A stretch of 64,000 nt of DNA from an uncultured bacterium. GTDB lineage: Bacteria > CSSED10-310 > CAZUFC01. Made by a program: the position numbers and the translations under genes. The notes below the pieces were generated by a model. The model saw only the letters and a program-made list of their open reading frames with translations. It searched no databases and was not told the origin of the DNA. Below are positions 27,190 to 35,228 of the stretch, in pieces. How positions within the stretch are numbered: position 1 is the first letter of the stretch; each line of letters opens with the position of its first letter. Location: the NCBI GenBank assembly GCA_964619725.1, contig CAZUFC010000015.1, forward strand, positions 8,963-72,962, written 5' to 3'.

Positions 27190-28731
27190 TCATCGATTTG
27201 TATCCTTCGGCAGATAAAGCTGTGCTTCAGCTTTGAGATAACCCAACTCCGGGAAAGTTTCGGCTAAATAATACTTTTGTTCTATGGCTTTCATGACGGC
27301 CGGACGGGCGCCTTCCTCACCCGGATTGTAGAATACCGGGAAATTGCCTATGAACGAAAAATCATAAATGAAAAGGGCGCCGGGGATACCGGCTTGAATT
27401 TTACGTAAGAGCATTTTTTTATTGATGATGTTTTGTTCCTGGCATTTTTCTTCAGTCCAGACCGGATTATAAGTCAAGACATTCATTTCATATCCGGGCA
27501 GGACGTTTCGATCAGCTTCCACGGCTATGGAATGATTGAAGGTCAGGACCGGGGCGTCAGGTTTCGAGTGTTGCGCCAGAATTCGAGCCGCGGATTTTAT
27601 GTGTCGAATGGGTGAGCCTTTCAATTCCGAAATTTCTTTTCTTCCATGCATGATAAACGTCATAACGGCGGCAGTGATGAAAACGCCTTTCAGCGCTCGT
27701 CTCAGTTTTGCAGGATTAAGATTTTGAATAGTAACATACGCGCCGCTTCCTGCCAGAGCGGCGAAAACGGGAAACAATACCGTCAAATATCTGTAAGTGT
27801 AGGGCATCTGAGAAGTAAAATGGAGAGCGGCAATCGGCAGCATGACGGTCCATATGGCCGATGCGGGATATTTTCTCCAAACGCCGGCTGAAGGGTTTTT
27901 CTTCCAGTAAATTTCGATAAAACCATGTACGAGGACGAAACTTATGGCCAGGACGGTAAGAAAATAGCGTGACAAGAGGCTGGAAATGCTGTCGAATTTA
28001 AAGATTATCTGCTGAAGCGGACTGAAATTTTCCTTTATCATGTGATATTTGATCACTCCGAAAAAAAACTGCGACGGCGAATTTAAAGCGAAAGGAGCTG
28101 TGAGAACTATGAGGGTGAGGGCGGAAATGAGGACCGTGAGCAGGAAGTATTTGAATTTTCTTTCCTTGATGAAAACGAAAATGCAAAAGGCCGCTATGCC
28201 TGGCGCTATGACGATTCTTACGGCTGCTCCAAAGCATAATAATATGCATACTAAAGAATACCGGAGGTTTTTTGAGAGGTTTGATGTGAGGGTCAGGCAG
28301 GCGGCAGTCAGGAAGAATGCTGTGAGCGAATACAACTTAATGATGGTGAAGTAATAAATCTGGAAAGAATTCAGGCAGAGCAGTCCGCATGTGTATGGCA
28401 GGGACTTTTTTCCAGCCAGGTTGGTTGAGATGAGCATAGCCGCTATGACCGTCAGTAAACTGAAGAAAACTGAAATGAAGCGAGCGGCGGCGACTCCTTT
28501 TCCGAAAAGAAACATGAATCCGGCATATACGAAGGGATATAGAGGACCCTGAACCCACAGGTAATCCTGATAAGGCAATTTGCCTTTCATTGTCAGGAGA
28601 GGCGTCACATGATAATAGCCTTCGTCCACGTGAATGCGGCCGTAGAAAACATAGAGAGTTGATGCGGCCGTAAAGACGAAAAGTGCAAATAGAAGAAAGA
28701 GTTTATCCGTATTTTTGAAGAAATTTTTCAT
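27190..28731 (-). CDS. GT-C fold (ArnT/PMT-like, family 39/83) glycosyltransferase
   Basis: DEGYY after TM1, G.LPY.DY..VQGPLYP, ARFIS; many TM segments. Confidence 0.78.
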   Translation of the reverse strand: MKNFFKNTDKLFLLFALFVFTAASTLYVFYGRIHVDEGYYHVTPLLTMKGKLPYQDYLWVQGPLYPFVYAGFMFLFGKGVAAARFISVFFSLLTVIAAMLISTNLAGKKSLPYTCGLLCLNSFQIYYFTIIKLYSLTAFFLTAACLTLTSNLSKNLRYSLVCILLCFGAAVRIVIAPGIAAFCIFVFIKERKFKYFLLTVLISALTLIVLTAPFALNSPSQFFFGVIKYHMIKENFSPLQQIIFKFDSISSLLSRYFLTVLAISFVLVHGFIEIYWKKNPSAGVWRKYPASAIWTVMLPIAALHFTSQMPYTYRYLTVLFPVFAALAGSGAYVTIQNLNPAKLRRALKGVFITAAVMTFIMHGRKEISELKGSPIRHIKSAARILAQHSKPDAPVLTFNHSIAVEADRNVLPGYEMNVLTYNPVWTEEKCQEQNIINKKMLLRKIQAGIPGALFIYDFSFIGNFPVFYNPGEEGARPAVMKAIEQKYYLAETFPELGYLKAEAQLYLPKDTNR

Positions 28732-28741
28732 AGCGCATGAG

Positions 28742-30250
28742 TCATTGCGGGACGTATATTTTTAGTTTACCGGGAGCGCCGGTAATGTCCGGGAAAATGC
28801 GGACGTTCCTGTATTCATCCTGAACAGCATCCATCAATCGTCTTCTTGTGCTTTCTTTTACCGGGAAGAATCCCGGAAAACCGACGGCAAAGCTGTCATC
28901 CGTTAATACAAGGATGGCGGATTTTCGTTCACTAATAATCGAAAGGGCCATTTCCGCGTTGTAGCTGTTATATTCCCGACACTTTCCGGTATTCCATTCA
29001 GGGGTAAAAGTAAAAGGACTTCCCTCAAAGCCCGGTTCTATTTTTCTGTCAACCTCGACAGCGTACAAAGCATTGCAGACCGCTGCAGTTTCCGAGGGTT
29101 TCATATTTTGAGCCAAAAAACGGCCGACATCTTTAACGACGGCGACAGGACTTCTACCCAGGATGAGAGAATTGCGGCCGTGAGCGACAGGATTCATCAA
29201 TCCTGCTGAAAAAATAAGCACGCTCGCAGTCATGGCGAACTCCTTGCTTTTCATTTCGTGAATAAGTTTGCCTGCAGCGCTCCCGACCAGAAGGGCCAGA
29301 ACCGGAAAAACCGGCGATTGATAGGAAGGGGCGAACCAGTTAGCTTTAAGATGAGCCGCTGTAACAGCGAAAGTTGAAAGCCAAACAGAAACCTCGATCC
29401 ATTTATTGCCGGAAAAAGCATCAGGTATTTTTCGCTTCCTGATGTGATGGAACAGGATTCCGCAAAAACAGATGAAAAACAAGTAATAATCTCTTATCAG
29501 ATGCGATACGGCGCCCATTTTTGTCGCCAGTCCATGTTTGAAAGGTCCGGCCGCAGCGCTGACGTGAATCCCCAGAAGATAATAATAAACTTTTGCCGGT
29601 CCGGCAGTTGCCGCAAAAGGAAGCAATATCGCCGCCCCGGTTAATACGGATGCCGCAACGAAAATCGCTCCGTGCACCCTTTTTCCCGGATACATGAAAA
29701 AAAGGAATAAAACGTATAATATCGGCAAAACAGGGAGCAAAGTAAGCCTGGTCATTACCGCCGTCGTCAGCGTCACGGAAGCCAAAATGCCGAAAATGAA
29801 CTTCCTATCGCTCTTCTGAAGAAAATATATCCCGACCGTCAGCAGAAAACCTGTCAATGCATATAGTTTTGCAGTCGTAAAACAGTATAACTGGAAAGAA
29901 TTGAGTCCTAAAAGAACGGCGGTTACGAAAGCAGCCGGCCGGCCGTTTTTTCTGAACGCGATAAGAACGGCCAAAGCTATTGCAGCAAAACCGAATATTG
30001 CAGAGAAGGTCCGAGCCTGTAAAATGCCGGCTCCAGTCAATTTAAAAAGAAGACCGTATATATAAGGATAAACCGGCGGTTGAACGAAAAAGAAATCATT
30101 ATAGGGCATCAAGCCTTTATTTACGGCATCTGCCGAATAAACATAGAATCCTGCATCCAGGAATATTTTTCCGAAATAGACGTAAATGGCGAGTATTGCT
30201 GCTGCGGACAAAAAAGAGAATGCTGCAGCGGCTGTATAAAATTTTTTCAT
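28742..30250 (-). CDS. GT-C fold (ArnT/PMT-like) glycosyltransferase, paralogue of 27190-28731
   Basis: DAGFY, G.MPY.DFFFVQPPVYP and NSFQ.Y.FT..KLY motifs shared with its neighbour. ATG 30250 overlaps the upstream stop (ATGA). Confidence 0.75.
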   Translation of the reverse strand: MKKFYTAAAAFSFLSAAAILAIYVYFGKIFLDAGFYVYSADAVNKGLMPYNDFFFVQPPVYPYIYGLLFKLTGAGILQARTFSAIFGFAAIALAVLIAFRKNGRPAAFVTAVLLGLNSFQLYCFTTAKLYALTGFLLTVGIYFLQKSDRKFIFGILASVTLTTAVMTRLTLLPVLPILYVLFLFFMYPGKRVHGAIFVAASVLTGAAILLPFAATAGPAKVYYYLLGIHVSAAAGPFKHGLATKMGAVSHLIRDYYLFFICFCGILFHHIRKRKIPDAFSGNKWIEVSVWLSTFAVTAAHLKANWFAPSYQSPVFPVLALLVGSAAGKLIHEMKSKEFAMTASVLIFSAGLMNPVAHGRNSLILGRSPVAVVKDVGRFLAQNMKPSETAAVCNALYAVEVDRKIEPGFEGSPFTFTPEWNTGKCREYNSYNAEMALSIISERKSAILVLTDDSFAVGFPGFFPVKESTRRRLMDAVQDEYRNVRIFPDITGAPGKLKIYVPQ

Positions 30251-32166
30251 TTCGGCGAATGAATCGGAAAATGTTTCTGTTTTATTTTGATGATAGTTCC
30301 CCATTGACCAACGCAAATACCGCTCAGATGATCAAAAAAACAAATGCCGTAAAGATTCGCATCGGTATCCGTTTTAATTTTTTCAGGCATTTCGAACAAG
30401 TTTTTAAAATAAAAAAGCGTTCCCTTGTCGCCGGCGATAAAAAATTTGCCGTCTTCCCGTCCGTCGACATCATTGAAGTTGACTGAAGCCGGCATCTCTG
30501 TAGTATTCCAGGAAGAATTAACCCCGCCGTTAACCGTTCTGAGGCAAATTCCCGTATCGCCCACGGTCATTCCCGCTCCCGAAGGATAGACTTTGACGGC
30601 GTTGAGCGGCGTGTCCAATCCCGTGTATTGACCTGTCCAAAACCGTCCGCCGTTTGAGGTGTGACTAGCCGTACCTGAATAATCGCAAGCCCAGCCGTTA
30701 CTCTGATCGATGAAACTGATGCCCCTGAACCTTTTTTTTCTGCCTCCTGATCCTGTTCGGAGAAAAACCTCGTCCCCGTCAATTTCGGCCATGCCTTCAA
30801 ATTCACCGACAGCGAAGCCATGCTGTCTGTTTATGAAATGTAAGTCCGTAACCGGCGACCCGTAAAGGTTCTGTTTCAAACTCCAGGTCACGCCGCCGTC
30901 GGTCGTCGCTGCGAATGTTCCCCGTTCTCCTCCAATCCATCCTCGCTCAGCATCGACGAAAAAAACAGAAATCCAGTTGTCGGCTGCCGGCCCGTACATC
31001 TTATTCCACGTCGAACCTCTGTCTGTAGTCTTGATCACGGTATTTCGATCTCCCACGGCCACAGCCTCCGTCTCGTTCAAAGAACACACATCTCTTAGAC
31101 AAAATAAAGGCCCCGCTAAATATTCCCAGGAAACTCCGCCGTCCCCGGACCGGCAAATCTCTCCGTACCATCCCACAGCAACGCTTGTCCCGCGCCGGTC
31201 AAACGCAATTCCCTGAAAATGGTCGTAACGCTGCGTGTTCGTGATATTCCAGTCTTCTCCCCCGTTTGTCGTGCGCAAAATCATCCCGTATCCGGCCGCC
31301 CATCCGATTGATGAATCAGCAAACTCGATGTCTCTGATGTAATTTCTCGTGGTTACCGACTGCGACACCCAGTTTTCGCCGCTGTCTTCCGTATGAAATA
31401 TCATTCCAAATGAACCGGCGACCCAACCTTCCGAAGCATCGACAAAATCCATGGCATAACACTCAAATCCTTTCGGCAATGAACGGTTAACCCAGGTATC
31501 GCCCCCGTCGGAGCTTTGAATTATAGTTCCTCCGTAACCGCATATCCATACATTATTCTCGTCGATCATTTTCAAATCCCGAAAACCCGTCGATACGCTT
31601 ACCTCAATCCGTTTCCAGGAATCGCCTCCGTCCGTCGTTTTCCATAGCGCGCTTTCATCGCCTCCTATAAATCCGTTTTTTGTGTCCGAAAAAGATACGC
31701 ATATCAAACGTTGCCTTTCCTTCAAATCCAAAGTTACCCATGTCTCCCCCGCATCCGTGGTTCTCATTACGCTGCCCCCGAATCCCACAATCCAGCCGTG
31801 TTGAGAATCAACAAAATCAACATGATAAAAACGCGTATGATTATCCCCGGTTTCTATCCGCTTCCAGGTTTTTCCCCGATCCGGGGACTTCAGTACGGCG
31901 CCGTCGAATCCCACAATTATCATCTGACCGGTTCCGGGAATAAAACATATGTCCCTGTAATGAGAAACAGGAAAAGACGGCTCGACAAGCTCTGCGCTAT
32001 ATTCTCCAGCATCCTCCGTCTCGGCTCCTTGCACCCCCGGAAATGAGACAGCGGCAGTGAAACATATCGCCGCATAAAACAGCATCTGAACAGCCAGGCT
32101 CCGCCTTCGCCGTATGCCGGCGCCTCCTCTGCCTGCCTTTTTCTGAATCTTATCCCCTAAAAGCAT
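30247..32166 (-). CDS. YCF48-related/BNR-repeat double beta-propeller, secreted
   Basis: About 14 repeats of F.D...GW..G..G....T.DGG.TW; signal-like hydrophobic segment. Confidence 0.88.
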   Translation of the reverse strand: MLLGDKIQKKAGRGGAGIRRRRSLAVQMLFYAAICFTAAVSFPGVQGAETEDAGEYSAELVEPSFPVSHYRDICFIPGTGQMIIVGFDGAVLKSPDRGKTWKRIETGDNHTRFYHVDFVDSQHGWIVGFGGSVMRTTDAGETWVTLDLKERQRLICVSFSDTKNGFIGGDESALWKTTDGGDSWKRIEVSVSTGFRDLKMIDENNVWICGYGGTIIQSSDGGDTWVNRSLPKGFECYAMDFVDASEGWVAGSFGMIFHTEDSGENWVSQSVTTRNYIRDIEFADSSIGWAAGYGMILRTTNGGEDWNITNTQRYDHFQGIAFDRRGTSVAVGWYGEICRSGDGGVSWEYLAGPLFCLRDVCSLNETEAVAVGDRNTVIKTTDRGSTWNKMYGPAADNWISVFFVDAERGWIGGERGTFAATTDGGVTWSLKQNLYGSPVTDLHFINRQHGFAVGEFEGMAEIDGDEVFLRTGSGGRKKRFRGISFIDQSNGWACDYSGTASHTSNGGRFWTGQYTGLDTPLNAVKVYPSGAGMTVGDTGICLRTVNGGVNSSWNTTEMPASVNFNDVDGREDGKFFIAGDKGTLFYFKNLFEMPEKIKTDTDANLYGICFFDHLSGICVGQWGTIIKIKQKHFPIHSPK

Positions 32167-32189
32167 CCTCGTTCAACCTCCCGCAAAAA

Positions 32190-33152
32190 TCATTCGCCTT
32201 TCTCATTATTAAATAAACGCAATATATCAACAAAATAAGCCGGAAAACACGCCCTAAACTCAACCCGCTTATGGCTCTCCGGATGAATGAAACTTAAACC
32301 GTAGGCGTGAAGAGCTATGCCCCCTGCCTTTCGTAATTTACTTAACTCCTTATTAAAAAATCCTTTTTTGCCTCTTCCTCCGTAAACCTCATCGCCCAGG
32401 ACAGGATGACCTGAATGACTCAGATGCACTCGTATCTGATGCGTTCGACCGGTTTCGGGATAGGCGGATAAATAAGTGAGCTCCCGTATCCTGGATAAAA
32501 CCTTGAATCTCGTTGACGCTCTTTTTCCTCCTTCTTTCAAAACGGCAAGCTTCTTTCTTCGGACAGGATGCCGGCCTATCCTCGTGTCCAGTTTAATCTC
32601 ATCCCAGTCCACAGAACCCTTCACCACAACCCGATATTCCTTGAACACCTGCCTGGTCTTGAACTGATGAATCAGATTCCTCAACGCAATCTCCGTTTTT
32701 GCCACAATCATGGCGCCTGTGGTGACTTTATCCAATCTGTGCACTATGCCGGGTCTTTCGGCATCTCCTATATTGAAATTTTCATATCGGGCTTTTAAAG
32801 CGTGAACAATTGAGCCCTCCCTTAATCCCGCTCCCGGATGAACCGCAATGCCTGCCTGCTTGTTTATCACCAGAATGTGGTCGTCCTCATAAAGCACCGA
32901 TAATTCAATCGTTGCATCAGGCGCTATCTCCCGTTGCTCCTCTTTTATAACCAGCTCTATGCGTTCTCCCTTTTTTAAAATGCGATGTGCGCTCCTTTCT
33001 GTTTCTCCATTGACTGCAGCTAGTCCATTTATGATCTCTTTTTTGATGCGGGATCGGGATTTATCCGGACTAACCGATGCCAGATAAGCATCTAAACGCA
33101 TACCTTCTTCAGACTCATAAATAAAATGTCTGATTTCTTTTTCACTAGGCAT
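32190..33152 (-). CDS. rluD: RluA/RluD-family 23S rRNA pseudouridine synthase with S4 domain
   Basis: RLDAYLA, INKQAGIAVHPG, RPGIVHRLDK, ETGRTHQIRVH, GDEVYG. Confidence 0.88.
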   Translation of the reverse strand: MPSEKEIRHFIYESEEGMRLDAYLASVSPDKSRSRIKKEIINGLAAVNGETERSAHRILKKGERIELVIKEEQREIAPDATIELSVLYEDDHILVINKQAGIAVHPGAGLREGSIVHALKARYENFNIGDAERPGIVHRLDKVTTGAMIVAKTEIALRNLIHQFKTRQVFKEYRVVVKGSVDWDEIKLDTRIGRHPVRRKKLAVLKEGGKRASTRFKVLSRIRELTYLSAYPETGRTHQIRVHLSHSGHPVLGDEVYGGRGKKGFFNKELSKLRKAGGIALHAYGLSFIHPESHKRVEFRACFPAYFVDILRLFNNEKGE

Positions 33153-33942
33153 TTTCGGAAGTATCGTTTTTCCTCATGGCCAGTATGATCAGCATTATTA
33201 TCCCGATCGGAAAAAGAACAAGCGCAATGACCTGATAAATCGACAACAATCCGTTGAACAGGAACAACCTTTCGTCGCCCCGGAGATACTCAATAAAAAA
33301 TCGAAAGAGGGAATAAATAACTACATACGACCAGAATACCTGCCCGTTAAATTTCTTGCGACGATCCATCACCAGAGTTATAACGCAAATGGCGAATTCG
33401 CCGAAAGCCGAATATAATTCTGTCGGATGCAATGGTATGCCCTGCGGAGCGAGCGACTCAGGATGGTTGAAGACCACTCCCCAAGGTAAATCAGTTGGTT
33501 TTCCGTAACAACAGCCGGCGGAAAAACATCCCAGCCGGCCTATGCCGTGGCCCAGAGCAATAGACGGCGCCAGAAGATCGCCTGTCTTCCATAAGGGCAA
33601 ACCTGCCCGGCGGACGTATATCCAGCCCACGAAAAACGCCCCTATCAGGCCGCCGTAAAATGCGAAACCACCTCCCAGGGCCTTCAGATAATCCATCACG
33701 CCCTCACAATCTTTCAGGTTCTCAATGAATACGTTCCATTCCTGGATCACAAACAATATCTTTGAACCGATCATTGCGGCCAAAAGTATATAAAATCCTA
33801 AATCAAATATCTTTTCAGGCGGCAAACCGGCCCTGCGCGCCCGCTTCATCGCTAAAAACAACGCTGATGAAAACCCTAATACCGTAAAAAATCCATACGT
33901 ATGGATCGTTAAAGGTCCTATACGGAAAAGTATCGGAAACAT
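33145..33942 (-). CDS. lgt: Prolipoprotein diacylglyceryl transferase
   Basis: M.PILF.IGPL.I.TYG, GG.AFYGG, GRLGCF.AGCCYG, LHPTELY, RFFIEYLRGD. Confidence 0.95.
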   Translation of the reverse strand: MFPILFRIGPLTIHTYGFFTVLGFSSALFLAMKRARRAGLPPEKIFDLGFYILLAAMIGSKILFVIQEWNVFIENLKDCEGVMDYLKALGGGFAFYGGLIGAFFVGWIYVRRAGLPLWKTGDLLAPSIALGHGIGRLGCFSAGCCYGKPTDLPWGVVFNHPESLAPQGIPLHPTELYSAFGEFAICVITLVMDRRKKFNGQVFWSYVVIYSLFRFFIEYLRGDERLFLFNGLLSIYQVIALVLFPIGIIMLIILAMRKNDTSENA

Positions 33943-33972
33943 TATTCAATCTCCTCGGTAATGCCCGCTATC

Positions 33973-34527
33973 CTAAGCTGAATTTTCTTTCCGCTTCATG
34001 TTCCTCGCTGCGCTCTCTTGCCGCTCTCCTTCATCCGAAGTCTCTTTGTGCAAAAATAATATATTTATCATCAGGAGAGTAACGCCGACCGTTATTGCTG
34101 AATCGGCGACGTTGAAAGTCGGCCAGTGAAGATCACTCCAGTGCACATCAATAAAATCTATCACTTCGCCGTACTTGATTCGATCAATCAGATTCCCGAT
34201 TGCTCCGCCGCCCATCAACGATAATCCTGTATTCAACATCGGGCTGTTATCTTTGTTTCTCAGAAAAAAATAAATCACTATTGCAAAAGCAATCATGGAT
34301 ACGGCTATAAAAAACGGCCGCAAATACGCCCATTCGCTGTTCGAGCCTAAACCGAACGCTGCTCCGGGATTCTTCACATGCGTTATATTTAAAAATCCGC
34401 TGATAACCTCGATCTTCTCATATCTCACCACTGTCGCTGCAATCCACTTCTTTGTAATCTGATCTGCGGCTATTACGATCAGCATGATTACAAAATAAAT
34501 CAACCTGCTTGATCTTTTCCCTCTCAT
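33973..34527 (-). CDS. lspA: Lipoprotein signal peptidase II
   Basis: DQITK, N.GAAFG, GGAIGNLIDR, VIDFI, WPTFNVADSAI. Confidence 0.96.
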   Translation of the reverse strand: MRGKRSSRLIYFVIMLIVIAADQITKKWIAATVVRYEKIEVISGFLNITHVKNPGAAFGLGSNSEWAYLRPFFIAVSMIAFAIVIYFFLRNKDNSPMLNTGLSLMGGGAIGNLIDRIKYGEVIDFIDVHWSDLHWPTFNVADSAITVGVTLLMINILFLHKETSDEGERQESAARNMKRKENSA

Positions 34528-34584
34528 TTGTTCAGCTCTCCCGCCTCTTAAAGACCGACAAAGTCTTTACCGGCTCGCCGGTCT

Positions 34585-35013
34585 TCACTCTCTGGCATGA
34601 ACCATAATCCTGACTCCGTCGCTAAATGAGACTTCAATCTTCCTGGCCCCTATCAATCTTTCAACTTTGCCCAGACCGAATTTTCCATGCTTGATGTAAT
34701 CCCCCTCGCTATATTTTTCAGATATGTTGTAGCTCCTGATCAGACCGTCCACCATTTGTCGTCTTAATTCGTCATGATTATCCGTCTTTTTCGTTTTAGT
34801 TTTCTTCTTCTTCATAGGCGAATCCTGGAAATGCTTCTGACCCAGCGATTTAGGTCTGACGAATCTGTGAGTGCGCCTGCAAGTTTTACAATTAACCTTG
34901 GCGACGGCCGCTCCCTTCTTGGAAAAAACCACGTGGTTGAGGTCCATTTTGCAATAAGTGCAGTACGCCAGAATATCTTCCCCTACCGCCAATTCTCCTT
35001 CCCTGTCATTCAT
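34585..35013 (-). CDS. Hypothetical protein: zinc ribbon plus C-terminal Tudor/SH3-like domain
   Basis: CTYC...CKTC; basic linker; GDYIKHGKFGLGKV...IEVSF.DG. Confidence 0.7.
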   Translation of the reverse strand: MNDREGELAVGEDILAYCTYCKMDLNHVVFSKKGAAVAKVNCKTCRRTHRFVRPKSLGQKHFQDSPMKKKKTKTKKTDNHDELRRQMVDGLIRSYNISEKYSEGDYIKHGKFGLGKVERLIGARKIEVSFSDGVRIMVHARE

Positions 35014-35228
35014 TATCTTTCACTCTCTCCTTTTATAATCACCGTTCGCTCTCTTAAAACGAACAACAAACCATACCACATTCCAGACCCAGGGTAAAAT
35101 AAATTTCCCGGTTTGAACTTTATCGGCAAATGAGTTAGATTCATTGCGGGAAAGTTTTTCAGGTCGAAGTTACGACGTTTTTTCTGAATCATGAACCGGT
35201 CTGAGGCTTTGGATAAAAGAGAAAAAAG

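Noticed and set aside
30247-32166. Photosystem II assembly factor implying phototrophy
   Set aside because: YCF48-like BNR propellers are widespread in non-phototrophs, and there are no photosynthesis genes in the window.
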